The position numbers and the translations under genes were made by a program. Under the pieces are notes generated by a model, which saw nothing but the letters and a program-made list of their open reading frames with translations, had not been told where the DNA came from and did no database searches. 64,000 nucleotides of DNA. Source: Eledone cirrhosa. Lineage: Eukaryota. The stretch is taken from positions 27,156,001-27,220,000 of the forward strand of contig OZ024743.1 of NCBI GenBank assembly GCA_964016885.1, written 5' to 3'. Positions 49,768 through 63,529 of the stretch are shown piece by piece; position 1 is the stretch's first letter; the number at the start of each line of letters is the position of its first letter.

Positions 49768-49952
49768 TGGATTGGCAGTATCGGTAGAGGGTCGGACGCC
49801 ATGCTTTCCAGCATAGTTACGTCCCTTTACGATCTGAGTTCAAATCCCGCCGAGGTTGACTTTGCCTTTCATCCTTACGGGGTCGATAAAATAAAGTACC
49901 AGTAATGCACTGGATAATTGCTGGCCTTGTGCCTAAAGTAGAAACAGTTATT
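49768..49952 (+). mobile_element. SINE family A
   Basis: Full length, with GTTATTT on both sides. Confidence 0.9.
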
Positions 49953-50924
49953 TAAACCCAGGTCAGCTATCATCAAGCAAACCTATGATCAAAGGCGTTC
50001 CACTCATGACCATGACATCTTATTTTCAAAAATGCTGTAATTAGGAGCATATTATCCAATACTATTTGTTTGATGGCATGTTGAACTATTTGGTTGATGG
50101 TATGTTGTGGTTTAAGGAGGTTTGGCTGCTATTTCTATTGGGTCATCCACCAGTACTCTGATTTGTTCGAGGTAGTTGACGACCATTCATTATAACAGGC
50201 GAACATTTCATTACATCAGTTCATAGATTATTGATTTTTATGAGGGAGCACGTACCGGTATCCTCGTTAACCACAATCGATATCTTTCAAGAATAAAATA
50301 ATAAAATGAATAATATCGATTTTATTAATTTCAATTAGAATTATCCCCTTTAATTATTAAATAGAGTAATTAAATACTTTAAAATTAATTTAGTTATTTG
50401 TGATGATCCTAGGTTATTAATTTTTTAATGTAGTATAGTGTAAATAGGTAAGCCAGGTTAGTTTGTAAATAGTTCACCACATTATATTAGTAGCAGGTAA
50501 CGCAAGAGGAAGCTAGAATTTGACAACCGAAGGTTACTTAATCGGTGTTATTTAGGCTCAGATCAAACCTAATCGATGAAAGGTGTTCCTGAAGCAACCA
50601 ACTCATCTTTTATTAAGACGTAGCATAAATATTGCTACATTATCCAATGCATCCTTTCTCTTCGTTTTTTTAAAGACCATAAGTGTACTTTGAGGGAGAT
50701 TTGGCTGCTATTTCTATCGGAGTGAGACATCAGGTAGAGGAATCCTTATTGGCATGATGTTCATAGTAGGTGATCATACTTGGTTGATAATATGTATTAT
50801 TAGTGGGTGGCCACATAGATTACTTAGGCTTGGTTACATTGAGGCTGGTTATTGGTGGAGGACCTGAGAGGGTTATCAATGTTTTATCTCGGCAGACCAC
50901 ATCGTACATACACCGGAAAGCATA

Positions 50925-51930
50925 GCAAGTTACAAATGGGTGACCACAATGAGGTACTAATAGGTGACAACAATAGTTTACTAATAAGTGACCACAATAA
51001 CTTACTAATTTCATAATACTTACTAATGGGTGGCCACAATAGGTTACTAATAAGTGACCAGAATAACTTACTAATTTCATAATACTTACTAATGGGTGGC
51101 CACAATAGGTTACTAATAAATGACCACAATAAGTTACTAATTTCATAATACTTACTAATAAGTGACCACAATAGGTTACTAATAAGTGACCACAATAAGT
51201 TACTAATTTCATAATACTTACTAATAGGTGGCCACAATAGATTACTAATAAGTGACCACAATAAGTTACTAATTTCATAATACTTACTAATGGGTGGCCA
51301 CAATAGGTTACTAATAAGTGACCACAATAACTTACTAATTTCATAATACTTACTAATGGGTGGCCACAATAGGTTACTAATAAGTGACCACAATAAGTTA
51401 CTAATTTCATAATACTTACTAATAAGTGACCACAATAGGTTACTAATAAGTGACCACAATAACTTACTAATTTCATAATACTTACTAATGGGTGGCCACA
51501 ATAGGTTACTAATAAGTGACCACAATAACTTACTAATTTCATAATACTTACTAATGGGTGGCCACAATAGGTTACTAATAAGTGACCACAATAACTTACT
51601 AATTTCATAATACTTACTAATGGGTGGCCACAATAGGTTACTAATAAGTGACCACAATAAGTTACTAATTTCATAATACTTACTAATGGGGGACCACAAT
51701 AGGTTACTAATAAGTGACCATAATAAGTTACTAATGGGGGACCACAATAGGTTACTAATAAGTGACCACAATAAGTTACTAATGGGTGGCCACAATAGGT
51801 TACTAATAAGTGACCACAATAACTTACTAATGGGTGGCCACAATAGGTTACTAATAAGTGACCACAATAAGTTACTACAATAGATTAATAAGACCACAAT
51901 AGATTAATAAGACCACAATAGATTAATAAT
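50925..51930. repeat. Compound minisatellite: 24-bp monomer in a 66-bp (24+24+18) higher-order unit x about 10
   Basis: TTACTAATTTCATAATAC + TTACTAATGGGTGGCCACAATAGG + TTACTAATAAGTGACCACAATAAC. Decayed monomers extend to about 50750 and 53210. Confidence 0.95.
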
Positions 51931-52115
51931 TGTTTCTACTTTTTAGAACAAGGTAGCAATTACCCAGTGTATTACTGGTACTTTATTTTATCGACTCCGT
52001 AAGGATGAAAGGCAAAGTTAACCTCGGCGTAATTTGAACTCAGAACGTAAAGGGCCGTAACTCTATGCTGTACAGCATGGTGTCTGACGCTCTACCGAGA
52101 CTGCCAATTCACCAC
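51931..52115 (-). mobile_element. SINE family A with 15-bp TSD
   Basis: TSD CAATAGATTAATAAT at 51916 and 52116. Confidence 0.9.
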
Positions 52116-52214
52116 CAATAGATTAATAATAACCTACTAATGGGTGACTACAATAAGTTACTAATGGGTGTCAGCAATATGTTACTAGTTGGTGACCATA
52201 ATAGGTTACTGATG

Positions 52215-52500
52215 TCTAAAAAGTCTAAAGCCTGTCTTGAGCCAGAAGTCTCGTTAGGCCGGTGCTTATCCTTATACTCTCAGGCGCTTCACGTGACTGA
52301 GAGTACAAGACCCTCCCTGGACAGGATACCAGTCCATCGCAGGGTTAAACCCCCCAGCTATTGCTGATACTCATTTTCAGCTGAGTATACTGAAGCAACG
52401 TGAAATGAAGTCTTTTGCTCAAGAACACAACACGCAATCGAGCCCTGAAATCGAACCCATGAATTATGATCGTAAGTCCAATACCTTACCACTAGCACAG
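52215..52500 (-). mobile_element. tRNA-derived SINE related to family B, with a different tail
   Basis: Minus strand GGGTTCGATTTC B box and TGTGTTCTTGAGCAAAAGACTT..TCAGCTGAAAATGAGTA. A decayed relative lies at 14150-14400. Confidence 0.6.
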
Positions 52501-54544
52501 TCGGCTCCATTTGGTTGGTTATGGGTGAGAACAATCGGTTATAATTGCTGACCATCAATGTTATAATGAGTAACTAGAATAAGTTAAACACTGGTGAGCA
52601 AATATTGCTAATAGGTGACTGCAAGAAGTTTCCAAAGTGTGATCATAGTAGGACACTTACTGATAGCAATAATAAGTTACTAATGTGAGAACAGTTACCA
52701 AATTAAGTTACCAATGATCACAGCAAATTATTAATGGTTGGCAGAACAAGTTAGCAGAGGATGACCACAAGTTTTATAAACGTGACCACAATTGGTTACT
52801 TATAAATGGGTACATAGTCTTAATAATGGGCAATCACAGTAGTTTATTAATAGACGAACACTGTAGTTTAGTAATGGATGAACATTATAGTTTAGTAGTG
52901 GGATAACATTGTAGTTTACTAATGAGTCAACATTGTAATTTAGTAATGGGTAAACCTAGGTTAACGATGGGAGAACAGTGTAGTTTACCAATGGAGCGAT
53001 TACAGAGACTTAATATGGGAACATCTTTATTAATTTAAAAAGGAAGGACACATTAAATAATGCAGTACAAAAAGATATACCGGATATTCAGCCGGAATGT
53101 ATTTGTTTATATATCTGTTCCATCTGTGTTGACCTAGGGTTAAACAACGAGTGCAACAACTAGAGCGATATCACAGAAAGTTACTAATGGACGATCACAG
53201 TAGGTTACCAATCACTATATCAGACGAATTTTAGATTTTATTTTAAAAAAAACCCCCAGACGTTTTAAATTACAGTTTACACATTGGGTATAAACGATAC
53301 TTTAACCATCATAACTGTTCTAGTATTAGACAAAATGTCAAGAAATACTATTTCTATAGAACTAAAATGTTTTGATTTCAGTGTTAATTCAGACGAGATT
53401 TTTGTAAAATAAAATAAAATAAAATAAAATAAAATAAAATAAAATAAAATAAAATAAAATAAAATAAAATAAAATAAAATAAAGAAATTAAATTCTTTTA
53501 CATTCAAATTGAAGTTAGATCTTTCGTTTGGTTCAGCAATTTAGCCTCTTCCGCAAATGAAAAATGCATTAAAAGGTAAAATGTCATTAAGAAGACTAAT
53601 GTCTTGACCTAAAATGAATTCCTCATCAATAATATTTGGAAAGAAGACTAATAGATATAAATTGATCAATCTGAGACAGTCTTATATTAGCATCGATCTC
53701 CGAAATATGTTACTGAGTAAGCTATGTTAATATTTAATCACATATATGTCTTCAAATGACCTTTGAATGTTAAGTTATATTTCTTTGTTAGAAAGCAGAA
53801 TAATGTTATTATCAAAGCAGCAAATACGAAGTTGAAATGTTAAGCAATCTGTTCCTTCCATTTAGAAATATGAATGCAAGTGTTAGAAAATATTGTCAAT
53901 TAACATGTTAATTAGGATTAATACAGCAATTAATTAGTGTTATGGCCGTAATCAGTGATCTCATAATTGCTAATGAGGTCGTGGGAGCATTAAAAAATCT
54001 TCTTCTTCTTCTTCTTCTTCTTCTTCTTCTTCTTCTTCTTCTTCTTCTTCTTCTTCTTCTTCTTCTTCTTCCTGAGAGGGTCGTGGGGGCAGAGTTCTCA
54101 AACATTCCTTCAGCAGGTCCTGTCGGAAGCAACCGTCTCCAACTGATCCGAGCTGATAAATAAGTAAAGAGTATCTATCTACTGTTACAACCATCATAAT
54201 TTGGTAAGCTACACATACAGACACATACAGACACATACAGACACATACAGACACATACAGACACATAGATACAACTAGAACATACCAGAACGTTATTACA
54301 ACAATGTTAATGATCTGATTCAGACAAACAATTCTCACGTACCAAATAAGCCCATTTCACACTCTGGCCAACCAATCACTTCATGTAACGCCTCGATGAG
54401 GGTTCTATAGATTATCTCTATAGAATTAAAGTGCCTTGGTTTATATTATGTCTTTGATATTGAACAAAACGGACAACGGTAACTGAAGAATGAAATGATG
54501 AACCTTTATCAAATGTCAAACATTCTTTTGTACAAATTCTTGGA

Positions 54545-55620
54545 TCCTTTGTCGGTTTCAACGATGAGCATTCAGTTGTCCGATAAAAGGTCTTTAGAAC
54601 GTCTAGCTCGTGAAATTACGTGGAAGTATTTGAGTATTTTATAGAGTATCTACACCGAATCAGCGTGACACAACTAGTCCTTTGTATTACAGGTACGGGC
54701 TTCTACACCTTTTCCATCTACTCAATTTTACTCAAAAGGCTTGAATAAACCTGACGCTATTGTCAAGATACTTGCTCAACATGCCACACAGTTGGATTGA
54801 ACCAGTACCTCACGATTATGAAGCAAATTTTTTAACCAGTCATTCGTGCCTGCATCCAAATTATATAAATCGTATCCGATTCAATCACTTAAATCATATT
54901 ATCCTGGACTATTGATGCCACCGGGAACCGACTACGAATTCAGAGCAATGCATCTCTTCAGAGATGAGAATAAAACTTCACTTCTTTACTGATAACTATA
55001 CAACAACTTTTACTGATATCAAGCCGCTATAGTCACTAACCTATCATTACAGGACACCATACATATATATGGAATGGACTTCTGTCGGTTTCAGCTCTGA
55101 GTGTTCCATTTGTTCGATCAACGGAACAACCTGCTTATTACATTAACATGTAAATGGTTGAGCGTTTATCAGAGGTGTATATTCTTTAACTAATTCCCAG
55201 GAAGATCGGTGTGGCACGTGTGTGACAAAGCTGGCCATATGAATTAATGAATTACAGGTATAATCAGTTCAACAGGCTTCTAAACAGTTTCTGTCTACCC
55301 AATTACATACATAAGGCATAAGTTGATCCAAGGCTATGGTAAATGACAATAACCTATATGCCACGCAGTGGGATTGAACACGGCACGGACATTATGTGGA
55401 TTGGCAGTATCGGTAGAGGGTCTGACGCCATGCTTTGCAGCAAAGAGTTACGGCCCTTTATGGTCTGAGTTCAAATCCTGCCGAGGTTAACTTTGCCTTT
55501 CATCCTTACGGGGTCGATAAAATAAAGTAGCAGTAATACACTGGGATAATTGCTGGCCTTGAGCCAAAAGTAGAAACCATTATGATTGTGAAGCGAACCT
55601 TTTGACCATTCGGCCATGCT
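54545..55620 (-). mobile_element. Two SINE B copies, the second interrupted by a plus-strand SINE A (55396-55584)
   Basis: GTCGGTTTC starts at 54551 and 55084. The SINE A is flanked by CATTATG. Confidence 0.7.
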
Positions 55621-55940
55621 GTGTCTATATCGTGTATCCACCACACTAACACTTCACCGAACACTTCATGTTTGTACTTATACAGTACAACCAACACAAT
55701 GCTTCTATAACCACTATTACACGTTAGCCATCACACCACTACTAAACTCAACATATCACAACCAGACAATAACCATATCTAATGTCTTCCATATATATAA
55801 TGTCTTCACTACTCCACGCCAACCGCTTTCATATCTGTGTATCTATCATAACTGCTTTAAAATTACGTTCACTGCTCTATATCTCCCTTCACCGGACAAA
55901 ATAATAACCCACTCCAGTTATATATATATATATATATATA

Positions 55941-56117
55941 CGAGGGTAGACTGAAAAGTTCATAGGAGTGAAAGAGAGATGCTGGCGCTGTGAAATCTAG
56001 CATGCATCAATTTCAACTCTTTTTTTATTAATAAAGTACTGTGTTGAAAAATAAACCTCTTTCGGTCATTCCATAAGAGTATATTAGTCAGCCTATGAAC
56101 ATTTTAGCTGACCCTCG
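55941..56117. mobile_element. Mariner-type MITE (same family as 45635, opposite orientation, no insertion)
   Basis: TA-CGAGGGTAGACTGAAAAGTTCATAGG ... CCTATGAACATTTTAGCTGACCCTCG-TA. Confidence 0.85.
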
Positions 56118-56864
56118 TATATCACTAGATCACTACAACCACAAAAAGTTCTATAAACACAAAAGCAGCAATATAAATGCTCCTAATACACTAATTCATT
56201 CACGACTTAAATGATCTGGTATTATAGACGTGGGAGAGGGTATATTTAATGCAAAGTATATATCAAACTTTGAGCTTTCCCCTCATTTTGCCGCGTACTA
56301 CCAGCTACAATATCTACTACCATATTTATCAATCCATTATGACTCCCTCACTAAATTATTGAGCCAATTCTGTTGCAGTCTGTCAAAATTCGAATTGTGT
56401 AAGCAATTTAAACTGACTAAACTACAATATATTCCTTTTTCTATTGTTCAATACTTGGGAAAGATTATCATACTTTTATAAAAATGCTGACAAAAAAGAA
56501 TTCTTATAATTCTCTTTACCACTGCAATAAACCATGCTTTCAGACATAATTCTACTCACGAGAATTTCTACTAATTTTATTTCAATTGTTCAACTTCAGG
56601 AAAATCGACCAATTATAGCTCAATCTTTATTCCGGATTGCATAACTAGACTATATTTCCTGTCGTCTTTTCACGAAATTTATCGATATATGACTTCGTGT
56701 CTTTCGAGTAAATAAAGCACACCCCCAACACACAAGCATATACACATACGTCTACATGTACACACGCAGACACACACAGATGCACACACACACAACGGCA
56801 ACTGTAACATCTGTTGTTACAACAACAGCAACGTTAGGAATAATCACATTAAAGTCTTCGTTAA

Positions 56865-57600
56865 TAATAACTGTTTCTACTTTAGGCACAAGGCCAGCAA
56901 GGGGAAAGTTGATTAAATCGACCCCAGTGCATTACTGTTGCTTTATTTTATCGACCCCGTAATGATGAAAGGCAAAGTTAACCTCGGCAGGATATGAACT
57001 CAGAACGTAAAGGGCCTTAACTCTATGTCGCGAAGTATGTTGTCCGGCGACACTGCCAATCCGCTACCCTGATAATAATTGTTTCTACTTTTGGAACAAG
57101 GCCAGCAATTATCCCAGTGCATTACTGGTACTTTATTTTATCGACCCCGTAAGGATAAAAAGCAAAGCTAACCTCGGGGGGCATTTAAACGCAAAATGGC
57201 AAGGGCCGTAACTCTATGCTGCGAAGTATGTTTTCCGGCGATACTGCCAATCTGCTACCCTGATAATAATTGTTTCTACTTTTGGCACAAGGCCAGCAAT
57301 TACCCAGTGCATTACTGTTATTTTATTTTATCGACCCCGTAAGGATGAAAGGCAAAATAAACCTCGGCGGGATTTGACCAATCCAACGCCTTATAATCAT
57401 GTCGTTAATGATAATTGTTTCTACTTTAGGCACAAGGCCAGTAATTTGAAGAGTAGAGGGAAGTCGATTAAATCGACCCCAGTACGTTACTGATACTTTA
57501 TTTTATCGACCTCGTAAAGATGAAAGACAAAGCTAACTTCGATGAATTTGAACACAGAACGTAAAGGACCAGAAGAAACGCCGCAAAGTATTTTGTTTGA
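56865..57600 (-). mobile_element. Four tandem SINE A copies
   Basis: Tails TGTTTCTACTTT at about 56872, 57080, 57271 and 57416. Confidence 0.9.
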
Positions 57601-58099
57601 CAATAATGATAGTAAAGAAATAAATCGGACATCATCGTCGAAGCAATAGTAAATATACCGAAAAAAGGAAGAGGAATATGTTAGACAAGAACCAACAAAC
57701 TCTACCAATATATATATTATATCTATGAATTGTCCTTGTCATTTAAATTTCTTTGTTAACCACGTGCGAACCACGTGCAAACGACGTGCGACAAATGCAA
57801 CAGCCGCAACACAATGTGGTGAGCTTACAACAAAAAACAAAAACGAAACAAGGAAAGAAACAAAAAACAACAAAAAAGGGATACCGATGCATGTATGTAA
57901 CAAAACGTTTTGATTGAATTACTTGTGTTCATATAAAAATAGTTAAAAATTTATTCAAAAGAATCACATAAATGTAAGGTTGTTCGCTCTTTGAACTTGA
58001 GAAAACAATTGTACGAAGAGCGATGCGTGCAAAGACGTTCAAATTTAGATAACATTCTAAATGATGGGCCACAAATAAAATCAAAAAGACACAAATAGA

Positions 58100-60560
58100 C
58101 ACGTATATTTAACGGCAACATTATACCCGAAAAATGGCAACACAACACACATATGTAAAAAAAAAACTAACAAACAAACAAAAAAAAAAACAATAATTCA
58201 CACTGATTAACAAAAATCGACCTCGTCAAACTAGCAAATTTAAGGGGATACATATCAAAAACAAAATAATTTATGAGATATGAAACATAAAAATAGAGCA
58301 CTTAAACGAACGAGTACACAACAAAATCATAAATAATGATCACAAAGCAACCAACGAACATAAACTTATTGAGAATTTAAAACATGAAGATAAAACCAAT
58401 ATATTAGAAAAGGATAAAGTAAACAACTAAACGCAATAAACTCCAACCTTAAAAGACACAGAGTACTAAATAACAAAGAGTACTAATCACAGAGTGCTAA
58501 ATACAGAGTACTAAGCAACACAGAGTACTAAACAACACAGAGCACTAAACAACAAAGAGTACTAAACACAGAGTACTAAACAACACAGAGTACTAAACAA
58601 CACAGAGCACTAAACAACAAAGAGTACTAAACACAGAGTACTAAACAACACAGAGTACTAAACAACACAGAGTACTAAACACAGAGTACTAAACACAGAG
58701 TACTAAACAACACAGAGTACTAAACAACAAAAACTGTTTCAGGAAAATAAAACCAAAAATACAAATGAAAAAATATATAAGGAGAAAGATGTAGGAAAAA
58801 GAGGAAATTGAAAACTACAATAGGATAAAGTTGAAAATGATCTAAGAACTCCAAACAAGAGAAGATCTTCCTATGGACCAAAGGATACACCTTCCAAAGA
58901 TAAAAATGTATAATAAATTAGTAAGAATTATACAAAAAACCTTAATCTATTCACCATAGACTTAATGAACATGACTAGAAACATTAGTATCACAAGGCTA
59001 AAGAACAATATATGCAGCAGCCACTGTTGTTACGGAAGAAAGTGGGCACAGAAGAAAACAACAACACTAGGAATAGTAAATAAAGTAAAAATAATAAAGA
59101 AATATAATGTAACAGAAAAATAAATCCAGGAGATAAAGGAATGGCTAAAACAACAAATACTTAGAAAGCTACAAAGAATCTGGAAATAAAAACAGTAATT
59201 TCACTTCAACTCAAAAAGATTCTACCAGGATGTTAATAGAAACAAACTGGAAATAAATTTATTCTCCAAATTAAAAGTGGAAGAGTTCTGGAGAAGATTA
59301 TTGGCAGAATAAGAAGGGAAATTACCATAAATAGAATTAGCAAGAACAACAAATAGAGTAGCTGAACTATTATCGGAAGATATGACAACAGATGATGTGG
59401 CTAACTCACTGAAAACAGCAACTTGAAGGTTGAAATAGGCACACATGGTATACTTGTAAAATGTTTAATGAGATGCTGACAGAGCAAGAAATGAAAACTT
59501 GACTGGCTCATTAAGGAGAAATCCACCCTTATCCCCAAGAATCCCCAAGAATAATGACACCGTAAACGCCCAAAACTACAGGCCTATAACATGGCTTCCT
59601 ATTATATACACATTTTTAACTGCCAAAAAACTGACCAAACACATGGAAAAAACCAACCTGCTTCCAGAAAAACAGAAAGGATGCTGCAAAGGTTCATATG
59701 GCTGTAAAGACCAGTTGCTCAGCAATAAAGTCATAACTGAAAGCTGCAGTAAAAACCAAACAAAACTAGAAGAAAACTCAGCATGGCATGAATTGATTAC
59801 TAAAAACGTTTGACAGTTTCCCCATACATGGACACTGAACACTCTAGCCATGAATAAAGGAGCGCTAACAACAAAAAGTCATTTATCAAGCATGCCATGA
59901 GTAAACAGTAGCAAACAGTTCTGCAGGTACAAACGAAGGATGAACTATAAAAACTGAGTTCATCCCAATCAACAGAGGGCTATTTCAAGGGAACTCCCTA
60001 TCACGAACACAAAGAGGAAGGGGCGTTATGAAACCTGAAATATATTATAAAATAACTATCGTCGGACTATAAAATATCTAATGAAGAACAAAGGAAAGTT
60101 AATAGAAATAGCCATGGAACATGAACAAAACAAAAAAATATTCTCTGGCTTCAAGGAAGCCATCTAATTCAAAACAAGCTAGATTGACAGATAAATGTGA
60201 GAAACATGAAAATAAAGAAGAAACAATAACTGAAATTATGAAAATCCAAATCTAAATTGAAAACAGACCTCCAGAATGCCATGCTAAAACAATAGCAAGA
60301 AAAATTCTTACATGGCCAAACACTCGAAAAAATATAGAGGAAGTAGACAAGCAAAACTCACATAACTGACTACGAAACACTGGACTAAAAACCGAGACTG
60401 AAGTATTTATAATCGCAGCACAATATCAATTCTTCCTACCATAAATCACCAGAAGTATATAATAAATCAGAACACAGTAAGTAACTGCAGAATATGTGGA
60501 GGTTGGGAAGAAATAATCAACCATATTATCTTTGGCTGCCCAGTTTTAGCGAAAATGACA
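58100..60560 (+). mobile_element. Decayed R4/Dong-clade LINE
   Basis: IYAAATVVTEE, QKRFYQD, NYRPITWLPIIY, PEKQKGCCKGSYGCKDQLL, GLFQGNSLS, LHGQ, GLKTETEVFIIAAQ and CRICGG..HIIFGCPVLA. Many stops and deletions. The 5' boundary is uncertain. Confidence 0.85.
58457..58730. repeat. 17/20-bp tandem repeat ACACAGAGTACTAAAC(AAC) x about 14
   Basis: Seen directly, inside the R4 remnant. Confidence 0.9.
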
Positions 60561-62400
60561 TTAAGATAAGGCATTTCGGGGGTTAAGTGGTTGATTTCTA
60601 CTATTATTGTGCAGAAATACCGACGGAAAATATTTATTAAAATCTTCTGTCTGTATTCCCTATTGCAATTCCAATTGATATTTTTGATAGTGTATTTTCT
60701 AAAAATGTTACAGACAATATATTCGATCCACCATATATTATATCAGTTTAACTTTAGCTACCAATCTCTACCGTAAAACTTTCAACAAACTATAAATGAT
60801 ACAACACACTTCACACCCTCACAGCTTCAAAACTGAAACATCCACAGATAACCAACATATTGAAACATTTATACTTAATATGTAAGGTGATATAGACATT
60901 TGTGATGTACAGTTTATTGCCACATTAAGCATAAAACTACACATTCTTATGGGCTACATATTGAACGTCAGTGAACAATCTACAACTATACGTACAATAC
61001 CATCCTAAAAGTACTATCACTCCCACTCCGTTGAGATAGATATATAAAACACATGATCATAAAAAAGGAGCAGTAAGAATAATCATATAAGCCTGCAACA
61101 TTGTGTTGGTAGCACACCACCAAATATTAGAGTTGACCCAAAGACACTGTTCACTTCTGACTGCGCCTAAAATGTCCCCCTTCTCTTCTGGTATAACCCG
61201 AACCTCTAGGCATAAAAACAAAAGCTGACAGAACACTGAAGATACTCATACTTACCCAAATGCCGTACATCTGCGTAGTCAATACTGGTTGGGGCATCAA
61301 ACAAACAAACAACAACTACATGAAAAGTATCATCCTATGTCAGACTGGAGTGTTATACAGGAGGTGAAGTGGATCTTAATTGGTTGGCATTTGAAAACTA
61401 ACATAAAACTCTCACACACATTCGAAGTTATGGAGATAGGTCAAAGGATAAGACGAATAAGAAGAAAAACAGAAAGAAAGGAGGGAAGAGACTGAGAAAA
61501 AAAAGAAAAGTATTTGGTATGGTATGGTCCCATAACTCCTGATAAAGTCGTAGGGGCGCCGTATTGATCTCGACGTTTCTTGAGCATTTTAAGCCTGGCG
61601 GAGCTCATCCCTCTCCAGGCCTGAGTACAGGTAAGTTTTTTTTATCGACCTCGAAAGGATGAAAGGCAAAGTTGACCTCGGCAGTAATTTGATCTCAGAG
61701 GGCAGAGAGCCGGAACGAATACCATAAAGCATTCTATCCGACGTTCTAACTACTCTACCAAAAGAAAACAGATTTATACAGATGCAAAGACTACTAAATA
61801 CCAGTTGATTTGTTATGCAAGTTAAATCAAGGACGAAGGGGAAAATACAAGTTGAAATGCAGTAGTTGTCAATTAAAACAAAATGAATATTTTGTCGAAT
61901 ATTTAGTAGTGTTAAGCAGCAGAAGATCTGTTTGATGGTAATGTATGCATGATCAAGTAGCTACAAATACAGTTCAGTCTGCTAAATTAAAATTATTAAA
62001 ATTAGAATAATAAAGACACCGAAGAAAAGTTTTCTATAAAAGAAATATATATATATTTCAAGAAAAGTCTTAAAACACGTCAATGTTATAAATCCTGCAA
62101 ACATTTTTAAATTAGAAACTTTTAAATGAATATTTATTTTTCAACAACGGCAGATTTATATTCTAAAAGAAGCCTCATTTAAAACCAGAGCGACGTAAAT
62201 TTATCTTCTCTTTTTCTCTCTCTACAATTCTCGAATATTGCTTCTTTTTTTTTAACAATGATTCTTTCACTAGCATCTTATATAACTTTACTCATTATAA
62301 ATCGCCTCTTTTAAGGATTTAAGCACACTAATTAGATCAATTATATTTCTTTGAATAATAATACATGCATCTTCACTAACAGAACTACCACTACCAACAC

Positions 62401-62433
<33 letters not shown>

Positions 62434-62488
62434 TATCAACATCATCGTCATTACCATCCTGATTATCACATCATAAGATTATTGGTTC

Positions 62489-62864
62489 ATTGTATTGAGT
62501 CTTTGACCCTGTCCGCAACCTGGTGCAGTCTGCAACTAACCCAGGTTCTGCTGCACGTCGGGCTGAGGAGGCCAAACTCTTCAAATACCGGTCGCTCTCT
62601 GACAGGTTTGCGGTTGTACCTTTGGCAGTGGTGACTTCTAGTGTCCTCGGCCCTAGGGTTACCTCCCTACTCACCACCATAGGCGCCGAGCTGGTTAGCC
62701 GCAGGTGTAAGTCTCGGGAGCTGGAATGGCTTTTCCGGCGCGTCTCCCTTGCCGTCCTCCGAAGAAACGCCTTCTCCATTCTGTTCGCCGGGGCTGTGGG
62801 GAGGCCACCAATATGATTGACTGACTTGTCATTTTATCAGTCAGATGTGTTTATATATTTAATT
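62489..62864 (+). mobile_element. 5'-truncated CRE LINE 3' end with 13-bp TSD
   Basis: Closely matches 40960-41245. TSD AGATTATTGGTTC at 62476 and 62865. Confidence 0.88.
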
Positions 62865-63234
62865 AGATTATTGGTTCCAGCACCAACAATATTTTTTCTA
62901 TATAGGCAAAACGTCCCAGCCAGCTCGATGAAGCGAGATTCAGTTAGGAAGACCAGTAGTAATATAAATAAACAAAACTATTTGAAATAGAAATTAAACA
63001 CTTCACTTAGGATTTTCGTTAACAACGTTACCATTTTACCATCCTAAACAATATATCAATAAACATAGTTTCCACAACAAAACTAGCACAGCAACAACAA
63101 CAACGCTACCACCAGCAGTGGTAGCAACAGCAGCGACAGCAGCAGCAGGAATAACAATATCGATAATGATAATTTATTACCCGAGCAAAAAATAACAAAT
63201 TTACGAGGTAGGTAAATGAGTTTGTGAGTATAAT

Positions 63235-63348
63235 TGTTTCTACTTTTAGCACAAGGCCAGCAATTATTTCAGCGTATTACTGGTACTTTATTTTATCGAC
63301 CCCGTAAGGATGAAAGGCAAAGTTAAAGGGTTGTATCTCTTTATGGTC
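63235..63348 (-). mobile_element. 5'-truncated SINE A with a short 5' inversion and 18-bp TSD
   Basis: TSD TGAGTTTGTGAGTATAAT at 63217 and 63349. Confidence 0.8.
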
Positions 63349-63456
63349 TGAGTTTGTGAGTATAATGATGTAACGTAAGTGTAGTATAATGTCTCTAAAT
63401 TGAGATGATATGGTTTGATGCATACACGCGTGGTTAAGAAACTCGCTTTAGAAATT

Positions 63457-63529
<73 letters not shown>

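Noticed and set aside
57758-57790. Triple E-box cluster (AACCACGTGC x3)
   Set aside because: It is an 11-bp micro-duplication with no linked gene, so function cannot be supported.
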